Shown here: positions 20,453 through 30,338 of the stretch, piece by piece
How positions within the stretch are numbered: position 1 is the first letter of the stretch
Layout of the letters: the number at the start of each line of letters is the position of its first letter
From: Thermococcus sp. JdFR-02
Lineage (GTDB): Archaea; Methanobacteriota_B; Thermococci; Thermococcales; Thermococcaceae
Length of the DNA stretch: 64,000 bases
Direction of reading: 5' to 3'
Assembly: GCA_002009975.1 (NCBI GenBank)
Contig: MTLP01000009.1
Span: 71,396 to 135,395 of the forward strand
The notes under the pieces: model-generated
What the model was told of the DNA's origin: nothing
Database searches by the model: none
What the model saw: only the letters and a program-made list of their open reading frames with translations
Made by a program: the position numbers and the translations under genes

Positions 20453-21166
20453 GTGCCAAAAATGCTACTCATCAGTATACCACTGCTCTTAACAATGGCA
20501 ATTTTTGCCTATAAGAGACACATCTTGGATATAAAAGGCTCTATAGCCGCATTTTTCATAGGTCTGCTAACATTTGAGTTAGGTGGCATAGTAACTTTTC
20601 TTGCGCTCCTAATTTTCTTGGTGTTTGGAAGTTTGGCAACAAAGTATAAATATAGAGAGAAGGCCAAAATTGGGATAGCAGAAGATCGTAGAGGAACAAG
20701 AAGTTGGGGAAACGTCTTTGGAAATGGTTTAGCAGCAGTTCTGTTCTTAATTGGAGAGTATTTAACTCAACAGGATTTCTTTTGGGTAGCTACCTTTAGT
20801 GCTATAGCGACTGCAAATGCTGATACACTTGCAAGTGAGTTAGGAAAGATATTTGGAAAAAGACCAAGACTAATAACCAATTTTAAAGAGGTTTTACCTG
20901 GAACAAACGGTGCTATTTCTCTTCAAGGTGAGTTCTTTGCTTTAGTGGGTGCTTTTGTGATAGGTCTAATAGCTATGCTAAAAATGTCATATAAATGGGA
21001 AATATTCTTCTCTACAGTTATAGGAGGATTTGTAGGGTGTAATGTTGACAGCATAATTGGAGCAACGATTGAGAATAAAGGGTGGTTCAATAACGATTTA
21101 ACCAACTTTACTGCAACGTTTATTGGAGCATTGGTTGGAATAGGAGTTTTCATACTTTTGAGATAG
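20453..21166 (+). CDS. DUF92/TMEM19 family membrane protein
   Basis: RSWGNVFGNG, ADTLASELG, PGTNGAIS, DSIIGATIE, NNDLTN. Confidence 0.88.
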   Translation: MPKMLLISIPLLLTMAIFAYKRHILDIKGSIAAFFIGLLTFELGGIVTFLALLIFLVFGSLATKYKYREKAKIGIAEDRRGTRSWGNVFGNGLAAVLFLIGEYLTQQDFFWVATFSAIATANADTLASELGKIFGKRPRLITNFKEVLPGTNGAISLQGEFFALVGAFVIGLIAMLKMSYKWEIFFSTVIGGFVGCNVDSIIGATIENKGWFNNDLTNFTATFIGALVGIGVFILLR

Positions 21167-21177
21167 GGGGGATAAGA

Positions 21178-21537
21178 ATGAAGGTTATGGTGTGTAGAGA
21201 GTTTTACTTTGATGCAGCTCATCAAGTTCCTAAGCATCCTGGGAAATGTTCAAATATACATGGGCACACATATAAACTTGAAGTTTGTGTGAAAGGCGAG
21301 CTAAATGAGATGGGAATGGTAATTGATTTTGGAGATATGAAGAAGATTGTTAAGAGTGAAATTATAGATGTTTTAGATCATAAGTTGATAAATAGCATAC
21401 TTCCAAACCCAACGGCTGAAAATATTGCTATCTGGGTGTTTAACAAGCTTAAACCTAAGTTTGAAGAGCTGGGTGTTGAGTTGGTTAGCGTTAAGATTTG
21501 GGAAGGAGTTGGGAAATGGGCTGAAGTTACTAAATAA
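21178..21537 (+). CDS. queD: 6-carboxy-5,6,7,8-tetrahydropterin synthase
   Basis: FDAAH..GKCSNIHGHTY (C-x3-HGH), NPTAENIA. Confidence 0.85.
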   Translation: MKVMVCREFYFDAAHQVPKHPGKCSNIHGHTYKLEVCVKGELNEMGMVIDFGDMKKIVKSEIIDVLDHKLINSILPNPTAENIAIWVFNKLKPKFEELGVELVSVKIWEGVGKWAEVTK

Positions 21538-21594
21538 AGATGAAGAGAAGGCGGATTGCTGATGGATGATGAAGACCTTAGGGGCTGATTTATT
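21533..21594 (+). ncRNA. Box C/D methylation guide sRNA
   Basis: C ATGAAGA 21540-46, guide GAAGGCGGATTG, D' CTGA 21559-62, C' ATGATGA 21566-72, guide AGACCTTAGGGG, D CTGA 21585-88; AATAAA/TTTATT terminal stem. Confidence 0.9.
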
Positions 21595-22651
21595 CACCTC
21601 TCTTTCTAAGCTCTTCTTCAAAAACGTTCCATAGAGCAATTAAAACTGCTGGAATTCCATGTTCAGTTGCAAACGTCATGTAAGGGGCTAAGTCAATAAC
21701 ATAATCGGCAAATCTGAAAAGTCCCCTTGGAATTCCTTCCCTTGAGCCTATGAACACAACAACTTCTCTAGCATAAAATAAGTCTTTTCCAAGCTTTTCT
21801 TTGACTTCACTAATGGTTTGTCCTTTCGGATCTGTGATTATTAGTAATCTTTTATTTCTGTGCTTATCTCTAATCACTTGATACAAATCCCAAACACTCA
21901 CTGGAACTTTTTCAATCTTCCAAGGATAAGCTTCTCTTTGTATTTGATATCTGGACTCTTGTCCTATCTTGATTCCTTCTAAAAAGTGCATGAGCTCATA
22001 TCCATCAATTTTTTCCTTAGGTGCAATTATGAGTTCTTTAATCTCAAAAGCCTGCGCTGCTCTTCCAATTTTTTCTCCAAAATTCCTGCAAGCCTTGTAA
22101 TCACCCCAATAGGGCATTTGGACTATGCTCACCTTTTTAAAGAGCTTTCTTGCATCTGGCTTCTCCGGGGTGAACTTTTTCCATTCTTCCTTTCCACCAA
22201 CGCTTATGTAAGCTTTATCTCCAATTATTTCGACATAGATGATTTTGTCTGGAAAGCTTAAGTTTACATCTGCATTTGTTAATTCTTTGATCTTTGCACC
22301 TAAAGCCACGTTAACGTCGATGCTTGAAAAATCGTGAGTTCCTCTTCTCTTAGTTTTTACGGCAAAAGTCTCGTTTTCACTTATATGTTTTGCCACACCC
22401 TCAGCGGTCTTTATTATCTCTTCAATTTTTGCGGGAACTTCATATAAAACTCCCAAAACTCTCTCTACCTCGGGGATTTCAAGAATTTTCTCCTTAGCCC
22501 TTTCATCAGCTGTTTCAACCAAAACTAACCCAGAGTATCCCATAGGAGATATCCAAATGTTAGCATCAATTAAGCTTTCTTTAATGTAATTACCAGCAAT
22601 AGCTTCCATTCCCCTTTGTGTTTTTACTAAAAACTTCATTTTTCTCACCAT
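21590..22651 (-). CDS. THUMP + SPOUT RNA methyltransferase (TrmTS-like)
   Basis: THUMP (TFAVKTKRRG.HDFSS..VN..LGA) plus SPOUT knot (VFIGSREGIP..DLAPYMTFATEH). Confidence 0.82.
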   Translation of the reverse strand: MVRKMKFLVKTQRGMEAIAGNYIKESLIDANIWISPMGYSGLVLVETADERAKEKILEIPEVERVLGVLYEVPAKIEEIIKTAEGVAKHISENETFAVKTKRRGTHDFSSIDVNVALGAKIKELTNADVNLSFPDKIIYVEIIGDKAYISVGGKEEWKKFTPEKPDARKLFKKVSIVQMPYWGDYKACRNFGEKIGRAAQAFEIKELIIAPKEKIDGYELMHFLEGIKIGQESRYQIQREAYPWKIEKVPVSVWDLYQVIRDKHRNKRLLIITDPKGQTISEVKEKLGKDLFYAREVVVFIGSREGIPRGLFRFADYVIDLAPYMTFATEHGIPAVLIALWNVFEEELRKRGE

Positions 22652-22728
22652 GTAGAAGAAGGGAGAGGAGATTTAAAAGGTTGTTCTTAAACTACAAAAA
22701 TCCAGAGCAGGGAGAGTAGAAAGGGAAA

Positions 22729-23337
22729 TCAAGCGCTTGGTTCAGCCAAAACCTTAATCTTTCTAACTTCTGCTCTCTTAAGTGGGTAGATTTTCTTTGC
22801 TTCTCTTGCTATCTCACTTGCAATTTTTCCAGTTACTGATTCTAATATGAACTGTGGAAATGTAAGCTCTTCTGCTTTCTTTAGGATGATGCTTTTCATA
22901 ATTTCTCTAATTGCCCTCTCTTGGCTTGTTTGTATTCTTCTTGTTGCAATTACCATCCCCATAACTCTCAACTTATATCCATCCTTTGTTGTGACATTGA
23001 AGATACCATCAATTCTTGTTGTTCTTCTTCTAACTAATGATCTGACGTATGACCTGGTTAACTTGTGCCCCTTGAACTTTGTGTAAGCGTTTTGTCCTTT
23101 AACATCATAGATTTGGAAGTAGAGCTTTACGTGTCCCTTTGTAAAGTCTCCAGTTAGGTCTTTTAGTGTTGTCTCAATTACTCTCCCAACAACCTTATTT
23201 GGGTCATCTGCAGGTGTTAATCCTATTTCTTGATTTCCGAAAAAGTCTGGAGCATAAACAATATACCATTGCTTAAACTTCCACTTATCCTTTGCAGCTG
23301 CAGCTCTTTGTCTTGGATTAGCTCTAGCCATCTTCAC
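22729..23337 (-). CDS. rps3ae: 30S ribosomal protein S3Ae (eS1)
   Basis: [32 protein letters not shown]. Confidence 0.95.
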   Translation of the reverse strand: MKMARANPRQRAAAAKDKWKFKQWYIVYAPDFFGNQEIGLTPADDPNKVVGRVIETTLKDLTGDFTKGHVKLYFQIYDVKGQNAYTKFKGHKLTRSYVRSLVRRRTTRIDGIFNVTTKDGYKLRVMGMVIATRRIQTSQERAIREIMKSIILKKAEELTFPQFILESVTGKIASEIAREAKKIYPLKRAEVRKIKVLAEPSA

Positions 23338-23349
23338 ACCTCCAACTTT

Positions 23350-23598
23350 TCACTTTCGTGATATTACATCTTCAGCAATCTTGATTGAAAACACTAAATC
23401 ATCTAAAGCCACTATAAGGCTTTCAATCTCACCGAGGTATTTAACTTTTGTTATTACCTTTCCATCTTTCGGATAGGTTTTAATCTTTAAATTTTTTGGA
23501 AGGTTTAAGTTATCAATCTCAACGGCATTGGCTACTGCCTTTGCGGTGTTTTCATCACCATATTCCCATATAAGCTTTGCTTTAGCTTTGATGTTCAT
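23350..23598 (-). CDS. KEOPS Pcc1-family paralog (Pcc2-like by position)
   Basis: A.AVA.A.EIDN...LDDLVFSIKIAE; conserved rps15-RecJ-pcc-rps3ae context. Confidence 0.78.
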   Translation of the reverse strand: MNIKAKAKLIWEYGDENTAKAVANAVEIDNLNLPKNLKIKTYPKDGKVITKVKYLGEIESLIVALDDLVFSIKIAEDVISRK

Positions 23599-23744
23599 CT
23601 ATTTTGCCCTCCGTTAGTAGTTGGATAACTTGAAATTTCTGCTCTTGACATGGCAAATTTTGCAGTGAATAGGGGTTTGTAGAACCCCTTATTTGCTTTT
23701 CCGCCAGCGCTTATAAAGGGCTGTGCTTTAGCTTTGATGTTCAT
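23578..23744. repeat. 21-bp direct repeat enclosing a 125-bp insert
   Basis: TGCTTTAGCTTTGATGTTCAT at 23578-23598 and 23724-23744. Confidence 0.9.
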
Positions 23745-25149
23745 TTACTTGTTCCTCCAATGCTTTGTTTATAAGCTCTGCAAATTCGCTTAGTTTATTC
23801 TTTGGAAATCTTATTCCTGCAGCTATTGCATGTCCTCCGCCTTCTCCCCCAATAACTCCTGCAACCCTCCTTAAAGCCTCTCCCAAGTGATAGCCTTTAG
23901 CCAATGCCCTTTCTGTAGTTCTTCCAGAACCTTTAACTAAACTATCATCATCCTCGCTATCTGCTAAGATGATAACTGGCTTTTCTGGGTTTGCTAAGCG
24001 TGAAGAAATCGCTATGTTGGCTGCAATCCCAACCATTGTATCTTTGATGCTTTTACCGGCATAAAAGACATAAACATGCTCTTTTTCTATTACACTGTTC
24101 CAGTTTTGCAGTAAATACTTTCTTGCCTCAATTTGCTCCCTTTTATACTCATCGACTAATTCAGTGGCTCTTTTGAATGCATCTTCGTCTCCTAAGCAAA
24201 TAGCAACTCCCAGTGTTCCTGCATTCAAACGACCAGTTGCATTTAAAAGCGTTGCAAATTCCCTAGCTTCATGTCTTGGATCTCCTTCCTTATAGAGCTT
24301 TATTAAAACAACATCTCCGATTAGCCTGTCTATTGTTTCTTTACTTGCACCATGTTTTATGAGATGAATAACTATAGCATCGTTTAATCTCTTCTTTTCC
24401 TCCTCTCTAAGCTGCCAATAGTACATTTCAGGATCAAAGCCTTTTGATTTCAAAAACTCAATTGCTTTTCTTTCGTCTCCGGTTATTTCTGGAATCTCGG
24501 GATTTGTTGCATAAGTGAGCATTTGGTATAATTTCCTTGTCTCTCTCCCATAAAGCCTCAGCTCTTTTCTGATTTCAACTAGCTCTAACTTCTTTGCCTC
24601 TTCAACTATATCAACGTTTAAGCCATGAAACTGTCCATCAACCTCTTGCATATCTCCTACTGCTCCTACAAGAGCAAGATAGCTTAAATCTTTATTTCTC
24701 TCATCCATAGCTTTAGCAATAAAATAAGCAACTCCAGAACCACTTAAATCTCTAACACTATCTGCACCAAATTGAGTTGGATTAATTAAAATATGATTGT
24801 CGCTTTTTATTTCTCCATCCTCTGGGGGGTGGTGATCAGATATCACAACGGTTGCATCCTTTAGATGCTCCTCTATGAGCTTTATGCTACCGCTTCCTAA
24901 GTCACTAAATAGGTAGATCTTTTGCTTTTCATTAGCAAGCTCTTGAATTAAATCCTCTCCCAATTGCTTTACGATGCTTAAATGAAAACTTCCTCCTTCT
25001 CTGGCAATAGCTTTTGCCAAAATAGCTGCCGCTGTAATCCCATCGGCATCTCTGTGAGAAATCAACCTTATAGTGTGCCCTAACTCAATGTGCATCTTAA
25101 TTAGTTCTGCTCCTTCCCTAACCTTTTCTAAGAAAGCGTTTTTATCCAT
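23728..25149 (-). CDS. RecJ/Cdc45-like DHH nuclease (GINS-associated nuclease, GAN)
   Basis: [25 protein letters not shown]; position after rps15. Confidence 0.88.
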   Translation of the reverse strand: MDKNAFLEKVREGAELIKMHIELGHTIRLISHRDADGITAAAILAKAIAREGGSFHLSIVKQLGEDLIQELANEKQKIYLFSDLGSGSIKLIEEHLKDATVVISDHHPPEDGEIKSDNHILINPTQFGADSVRDLSGSGVAYFIAKAMDERNKDLSYLALVGAVGDMQEVDGQFHGLNVDIVEEAKKLELVEIRKELRLYGRETRKLYQMLTYATNPEIPEITGDERKAIEFLKSKGFDPEMYYWQLREEEKKRLNDAIVIHLIKHGASKETIDRLIGDVVLIKLYKEGDPRHEAREFATLLNATGRLNAGTLGVAICLGDEDAFKRATELVDEYKREQIEARKYLLQNWNSVIEKEHVYVFYAGKSIKDTMVGIAANIAISSRLANPEKPVIILADSEDDDSLVKGSGRTTERALAKGYHLGEALRRVAGVIGGEGGGHAIAAGIRFPKNKLSEFAELINKALEEQVNEHQS

Positions 25150-25181
25150 GTGACCACCTTAAAGTAAAGAAAGTGGAAAGA

Positions 25182-25637
25182 TCAGCGGACTAAAAGCTTT
25201 GCTTGTTCTGGGTCGTATCTCCACTTTGGAGGCAATTTTCCAGTTCTTCTGTAGTATTTGACGAGTCTTCTTATTTTGCTTTCAATCAGTTGTAAACCTC
25301 TCTTTGAGTGCAAGTCCTTTGGATGTTCTTCAAGGTGTCTTCTTAAGTTGACTGCCTTTCTGATGAGAAACATCAAATCTTCTGGTATTTGTGGAGCTAA
25401 GCCATTTTCTTCCAATATTCTTGTTATTCTCTTCCCAGTAATTAATCTAACACTTGGAATTCCATATTGATCTCTTAAAATTGTACCAATCATTGCTGCA
25501 CTGTAACCTTCCTTCCTAAGTTTAATAACTAAATTTTCAACCTCTTCGCTTGTATACTCAACCCAGGTTGGAGCAGTTGTTCTTGGGGGTCTCTTTGAAC
25601 CAGATTTACCTCTCTTATATGTGTGTAATCTTGCCAT
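25182..25637 (-). CDS. rps15: 30S ribosomal protein S15 (uS15)
   Basis: [38 protein letters not shown]. Confidence 0.96.
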   Translation of the reverse strand: MARLHTYKRGKSGSKRPPRTTAPTWVEYTSEEVENLVIKLRKEGYSAAMIGTILRDQYGIPSVRLITGKRITRILEENGLAPQIPEDLMFLIRKAVNLRRHLEEHPKDLHSKRGLQLIESKIRRLVKYYRRTGKLPPKWRYDPEQAKLLVR

Positions 25638-25730
25638 TTTACAACACCTCCTGGTGACGGCCAGCTCATGCCAGCCGCCCCTAATAGCATAGCCAATTGG
25701 AGTAGTGGACGAGCCTTTAAAAAGTTTGCC

Positions 25731-26261
25731 CTATGAACATTGAATTTCTCCATCTTCGTTTCCTGTCCAAGAACAGCTATCTATCAAAGTACCATTTGAA
25801 GCATAAAGATATGCAGTATCTCCATTATTGTTCCATACAGGAGAACCTCGTCCCCAGTATAATTCCGTATCACTATTAGTTCCACTTCCTGTATGTACTG
25901 TTACAAGTTTTCCACCTTTTAGAACAAACTCAGGAAATACATAGGTATAACCTGTTTTATCTTTTAATTGCCATCCTAAAAGGTTCTCTTCTTTACATCC
26001 AAGATTCGCAATAATGACGTATTCATCGTTTAAATTAAGCCAATCATTTCCCTCAGCATCGTAATGTACGTAATATATTACTATTTCAGAAGTGCTATCA
26101 CAAAATTGTTTATCAATTTCGCTTGAAATTTCTTTTAAAAATTCACTAAATAGGTCATCATAATTTGAACTAACTCTAATCACGTGGTGGTATACAATGG
26201 AAGTTATAACTAAAACAATAATGCTCATAACAACATATTCGATAGGAGCCTGTCCTTTCAT
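25731..26261 (-). CDS. Class III signal peptide (pilin-like) protein with lamin-tail domain
   Basis: MKG|QAPIEY plus hydrophobic helix; LTD motifs NDEYVIIAN..LLGWQLKD..YVFP..VTVHTGSG..WGRGSPVWNNNGDTAYL; track ORF starts at 26282. Confidence 0.78.
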   Translation of the reverse strand: MKGQAPIEYVVMSIIVLVITSIVYHHVIRVSSNYDDLFSEFLKEISSEIDKQFCDSTSEIVIYYVHYDAEGNDWLNLNDEYVIIANLGCKEENLLGWQLKDKTGYTYVFPEFVLKGGKLVTVHTGSGTNSDTELYWGRGSPVWNNNGDTAYLYASNGTLIDSCSWTGNEDGEIQCS

Positions 26262-26369
26262 CGATAGAGAAGTACCTTGCATCTAAATTTAAGTTTTTCT
26301 TTGGATTAGCGTTCAAAAATGCTCATGAGAGGGTTTCCAAGATCTAAACAAAATGTACAAAAATGAGCA

Positions 26370-26447
26370 TGGTAGCGGGGCGAGGATTTGAACCTCGGAC
26401 CTCCGGGTTATGAGCCCGGCGGGCACTCCTAGCTGCCCCACCCCGCT
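26370..26447 (-). tRNA. tRNA-Met(CAT), initiator
   Basis: AGCGGGG...CCGGG-CT-CAT-AA-CCCGG...GGTTCAAATCC...CCCCGCT-A-CCA; A1-U72 pair and three G-C pairs closing the anticodon stem. Confidence 0.96.
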
Positions 26448-26651
26448 GCATAAGCCCGATACATAATAAATAAGGGTCCATTTATAAACCTTACGGTGGC
26501 GAATAAAGGAATTACCTTTCCTATTCTTCTAATTTCGCCAATTTTACCTTAATAAATAGCTATTTTGCCTTTACATTCCTCTAAATTTCGTGGCATTGCA
26601 ACTATGGAAAACACTTTAAAGTCTGAGACTTAGAGATATTTTGGTGGTGAC

Positions 26652-27812
26652 ATGTATCTAACAAAGGAGGAAGAGCTAATCTTAGCTGGCGAGTATGGTT
26701 ATGCTCTTCAAAAGGCAATGGAGATTCTTGTAGCCTTAGGAGAAATTTATGGTGCTGACATGCTAATTCCAATCAAAAGTGCTCAAATTGCTGGTGTTTC
26801 TTATAAAAATATTGGAGATGCTGGAATCGAGTTTTTACAAGATTTTGTAAATGCGGGGGCAAAAGTTAGTGTTTATACAACTTTAAATCCTGCTGGAATT
26901 GGCGATGAACTCTTCATGGAAAAACAAAGGGAAATTTTAGAACTTTACAAAGCAATGGGAATTGAGATCACTTCAACTTGTACTCCCTATTACGGTGCTA
27001 ATCTTCCAAAGTTTGGTGATCATATAGCTTGGAGTGAAAGTTCAGCTGTGAGTTTTGCAAACTCGATAATAGGGGCGAGAACAAACAGAGAGGGCGGACC
27101 TTCAAGTTTAGCTGCAGCTATTGTTGGGAAAACACCAAATTATGGACTTCACTTGGAGGAAAACAGAAAAGCAACCCTTATTGTTGACGTTCAAGCAAAG
27201 GTAAAAAGCTTTGTTGACTACAGCTTTTTAGGCTATTATCTTGGAAAAACACTCAAAAATGATGTTCCTTACTTTAAGGGACTAAAACCAAAGAATGCGG
27301 ATTATTTGAAAGAACTTGGTGCTTCTATGGCAGCAACTGGTTCAATTGCTCTTTATCATGTTGAAGGAGAAACTCCCGAATATAGGGGAGCAATAGATGA
27401 TGAGCTTGAAAAAATCCAAGTTGATGATGAAGCCCTAAATGAGGTTAAAGAGAAATATAACGCTGAATGGACAGATATTGATGTGATAGTTATAGGCTGT
27501 CCTCATGCATCGATACAAGAGATTAAAGAAGTTGCAGGGCTTTTAGCAATGCGTGGAAAACCTTTAAAGATACCCTTGTACATAATGGCGAGTAGAACCG
27601 TTAAATTTTTAGCTGATTCTTTGGGCTACTCCGCAATCATAGAGCGCTATAATGGGAGGATTTTAGTGGATACGTGCCTGATAGTCTCTCCAATAGAAAA
27701 GTGGTATAAAGGCGTTGCGACGAACTCTGGAAAAGCCAGCTTTTACTTTTCTTCCGCTGGCTTGAATGTTAGGTTAGATGACATTGAAAAAATTATAATG
27801 GGGGCACCTTAA
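26652..27812 (+). CDS. Aconitase X catalytic subunit (phosphomevalonate dehydratase large subunit)
   Basis: TTLNP, TCTPY, WSESSAV.FANS..GARTNREGG, IGCPH, DTC, TNSGKA. Confidence 0.88.
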   Translation: MYLTKEEELILAGEYGYALQKAMEILVALGEIYGADMLIPIKSAQIAGVSYKNIGDAGIEFLQDFVNAGAKVSVYTTLNPAGIGDELFMEKQREILELYKAMGIEITSTCTPYYGANLPKFGDHIAWSESSAVSFANSIIGARTNREGGPSSLAAAIVGKTPNYGLHLEENRKATLIVDVQAKVKSFVDYSFLGYYLGKTLKNDVPYFKGLKPKNADYLKELGASMAATGSIALYHVEGETPEYRGAIDDELEKIQVDDEALNEVKEKYNAEWTDIDVIVIGCPHASIQEIKEVAGLLAMRGKPLKIPLYIMASRTVKFLADSLGYSAIIERYNGRILVDTCLIVSPIEKWYKGVATNSGKASFYFSSAGLNVRLDDIEKIIMGAP

Positions 27813-27813
27813 G

Positions 27814-28221
27814 ATGATAATTCTCAGAGGAAGAAAAATTTCAAAAGGAAAGGCTAAGGGAGTTGCATTAGTTTCAAGAAAACCTCTCTCTTTCCTTGGC
27901 GGCGTTGATCCTAAAACCGGCGTTGTTAATGATTCAGAGAGTGATATAAAAGGAGAAAGTGTCAAAGACAAGATTTTGGTTTTTCCAAGAGGAAAAGGTT
28001 CTACTGTAGGTTCTTATGTGATTTATCAGCTTAAAAAAAATGGTGTTGCCCCTAAGGCAATAATTGTTGAAGACGCTGAAACTATAGTAGCTACCGGAGC
28101 CATTATTTCCGAAATTCCGATGGTGGATAAAATAGACATAAGTAAGATTAAAAGTGGTCAAATAATTGAAGTTGATGCTGATAAGGGTGTGGTGATTCTT
28201 CATGACAAGGGGAATTTATGA
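27814..28221 (+). CDS. Aconitase X swiveling subunit (phosphomevalonate dehydratase small subunit)
   Basis: LSFLGGVDPKTG, GKGSTVGSY; adjacent to large subunit. Confidence 0.88.
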   Translation: MIILRGRKISKGKAKGVALVSRKPLSFLGGVDPKTGVVNDSESDIKGESVKDKILVFPRGKGSTVGSYVIYQLKKNGVAPKAIIVEDAETIVATGAIISEIPMVDKIDISKIKSGQIIEVDADKGVVILHDKGNL

Positions 28222-29437
28222 GTGTATTAAATGCGGCTATAGAGAAACTAAGGACTCAAATGAAGCATTACTTGAAAATGCTTGTCCTGTTTGTAATGGA
28301 GACATGGTTTTAGTTAGCTTTGAGGTTAGAGAAGAAGAAACTGTTGAGGAAAAATATAGGATTGAGGAGGAAGTCTTGAATAAAGTTAAAGAGTTCTATG
28401 AAATAGGTGAAATTAAAGTCAAAGATAATGTAATAGCGATGGAAGTTATAACAATCAAGGAGTCTAATTTTGAGAAAGTTTTAGCTGAGTTTGAAAAAAT
28501 TGGTCACTGGGCAGCTTTAAAGAAGAGGAATGAAAAAATTGTGCTCTACTTATTCCCTGCTCAGCCAGCTAAAGAAGAAAATCCATTGATCGGAATTGCC
28601 TTGTTTATTGCAACAATTTTCAGCACACTTTTTGCTGGTTATGTGTTATCATTGGGATATATAGAAACGCTGGATGAGTTTAATCTGCCTGGAATAAGAA
28701 ACTTATACTTAAATGCAATTGCCTTCTCTATTAGTATTTTAGCCATACTGGGCACTCACGAAATGGGACATAAAATCGCAGCAACTATGCATAATGTTAA
28801 GTCAACTTTTCCCTATTTCATACCAGTTCCAACAATAATTGGCACTCTAGGGGCTGTAATAAGGATCAAATCCCCTATACCAACAAGGAACGCTGCTATT
28901 GATTTGGGCGTAAGTGGTCCAATTGCTGGATTTTTAGTTGCATTACCGGTTTCAATAATTGGACTAAAGCTTTCGGTAGTGGTTCCTCTTTCCTATGTAG
29001 TTCCAAAAGAAGGGGGCTTTTATTTTGGCACCAATTTGGTATTTCTAATCATTGAGAAATATCTTTTCAAAATTGGTGAAGATTCTCTTGTATTTTTACA
29101 TCCTGTTGCTATAGCTGGATGGGTTGGCATCTTAGTAACATTTTTGAATTTAATTCCAGCAGCTCAATTGGATGGTGGACATATAGCAAGGGCATTTCTC
29201 AATGAGAAAGTTCACTACTATTTAACTACTGGAATCGGATTCTCATTAATTGCATTGAGCTATCTATGGCCTGGATGGATTCTCTGGGGAATAATAATAT
29301 TGCTTATGGGAAGAGTTGGGAATCCTGGGGCATTGGATGAAGTTAGCCCAATCTCAACAAAGAGAAAGATACTTGCAATAATAGTTTTGTTGATATTTAT
29401 TCTTTCAGGAACTCCTGTGCCTATTTATACAAAATAA
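28202..29437 (+). CDS. Site-2 (M50) intramembrane protease with N-terminal Zn ribbon
   Basis: HEMGH, NLIPAAQLDGGH, CxxC...CxxC N-terminus. Confidence 0.9.
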   Translation: MTRGIYECIKCGYRETKDSNEALLENACPVCNGDMVLVSFEVREEETVEEKYRIEEEVLNKVKEFYEIGEIKVKDNVIAMEVITIKESNFEKVLAEFEKIGHWAALKKRNEKIVLYLFPAQPAKEENPLIGIALFIATIFSTLFAGYVLSLGYIETLDEFNLPGIRNLYLNAIAFSISILAILGTHEMGHKIAATMHNVKSTFPYFIPVPTIIGTLGAVIRIKSPIPTRNAAIDLGVSGPIAGFLVALPVSIIGLKLSVVVPLSYVVPKEGGFYFGTNLVFLIIEKYLFKIGEDSLVFLHPVAIAGWVGILVTFLNLIPAAQLDGGHIARAFLNEKVHYYLTTGIGFSLIALSYLWPGWILWGIIILLMGRVGNPGALDEVSPISTKRKILAIIVLLIFILSGTPVPIYTK

Positions 29438-30003
29438 TTCTTTTTCCGCTCTTTTAATATCTGTTCAATATCATAATAGATAGAATCTCTTGAAACTCCA
29501 AACACTCTTGCAACTTCAGAGATGTTTAAAACTTTGGGGTTATAGTTAAAGATAGATAATGTTTTTGATAATAGTTCTCTACGCTCCTTTATATCGAGCT
29601 CTGCAAGTTTTCTATCATTAGTCGGAACATTATATAAAACAACGCCAACAGCATAAGTTCTTCTTGTAACAGGGGTTGTATATGTAGCAATTTCAAAATC
29701 TACTATTTCTAGATTCTTTTTAAGTTCTTCATTAATTTCATCTTGCAATTTTTTTAATGCCCCTTCCTTACTTTTCCCAACTGCATATTCTATTATGGCT
29801 CCTTTTCTGCTTGGAGTTGTTTCATCAATTGCAATCACAATCTTTAAGCTTGCAAATGCGCCAAGACCAATTTCCACCTTTCCCTTTGATATCTTTCCAT
29901 GTTTTGATATAACTTCACTTTCAATTTTCTCTTTCATATGTCTGACACAATCTTCGACATTAACAGACTCGGAGTGAAGCACTATTATTTCCATGGATAT
30001 CAC
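29425..30003 (-). CDS. Hypothetical protein with C-terminal helix-turn-helix
   Basis: LNISEVARVFGVSRDSIYYDIEQI; RBS GGTGA. Confidence 0.72.
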   Translation of the reverse strand: MISMEIIVLHSESVNVEDCVRHMKEKIESEVISKHGKISKGKVEIGLGAFASLKIVIAIDETTPSRKGAIIEYAVGKSKEGALKKLQDEINEELKKNLEIVDFEIATYTTPVTRRTYAVGVVLYNVPTNDRKLAELDIKERRELLSKTLSIFNYNPKVLNISEVARVFGVSRDSIYYDIEQILKERKKNYFV

Positions 30004-30264
30004 CAGGCGAATTGGGATATATCAAATATTTTGAGGCAGGTATATAACGTCTTCTCTTTTAGATGCTTTGATAATTTATTAAGGAACAGAGAATATTTTG
30101 TTGAAAAATTAGAAATTGGATATACCGTTAAGTATTTAAAAATAATTCAAAATATGCATTTGGATATATGTTTGCTGTTCTTTGGTTCTTATTTAGTACA
30201 TTGTGTCAATATCTCAAAAATTAAGATATTATTGTTCTTTAATTAAAGAATTAGGATATTATTC

Positions 30265-30276
30265 CGCAAATTTGAG
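30265..30276. promoter_or_regulatory. Semi-palindromic box upstream of pilin-1 TATA
   Basis: CGCAAATTTGAG, 8 nt before TTTATTAA; exact reverse complement sits upstream of pilin-2. Confidence 0.55.
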
Positions 30277-30338
30277 GAGAAAAGTTTATTAATAATATAT
30301 TATAGAAAAATATGATACAATGTTACGGGGGTGTTTGT

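Noticed and set aside
25731-26447. Possible integrated element at the tRNA-iMet 3' end
   Set aside because: No integrase and no duplicated tRNA fragment seen in the window
29938-30246. 102-aa plus-strand ORF upstream of the pilins
   Set aside because: Overlaps the HTH gene start, lies in very AT-rich promoter DNA, no RBS or motif
30312-30338. Track start for pilin 1 (MIQCYGGVC extension)
   Set aside because: This stretch contains the RBS, and copy 2 shows the true start is 30339
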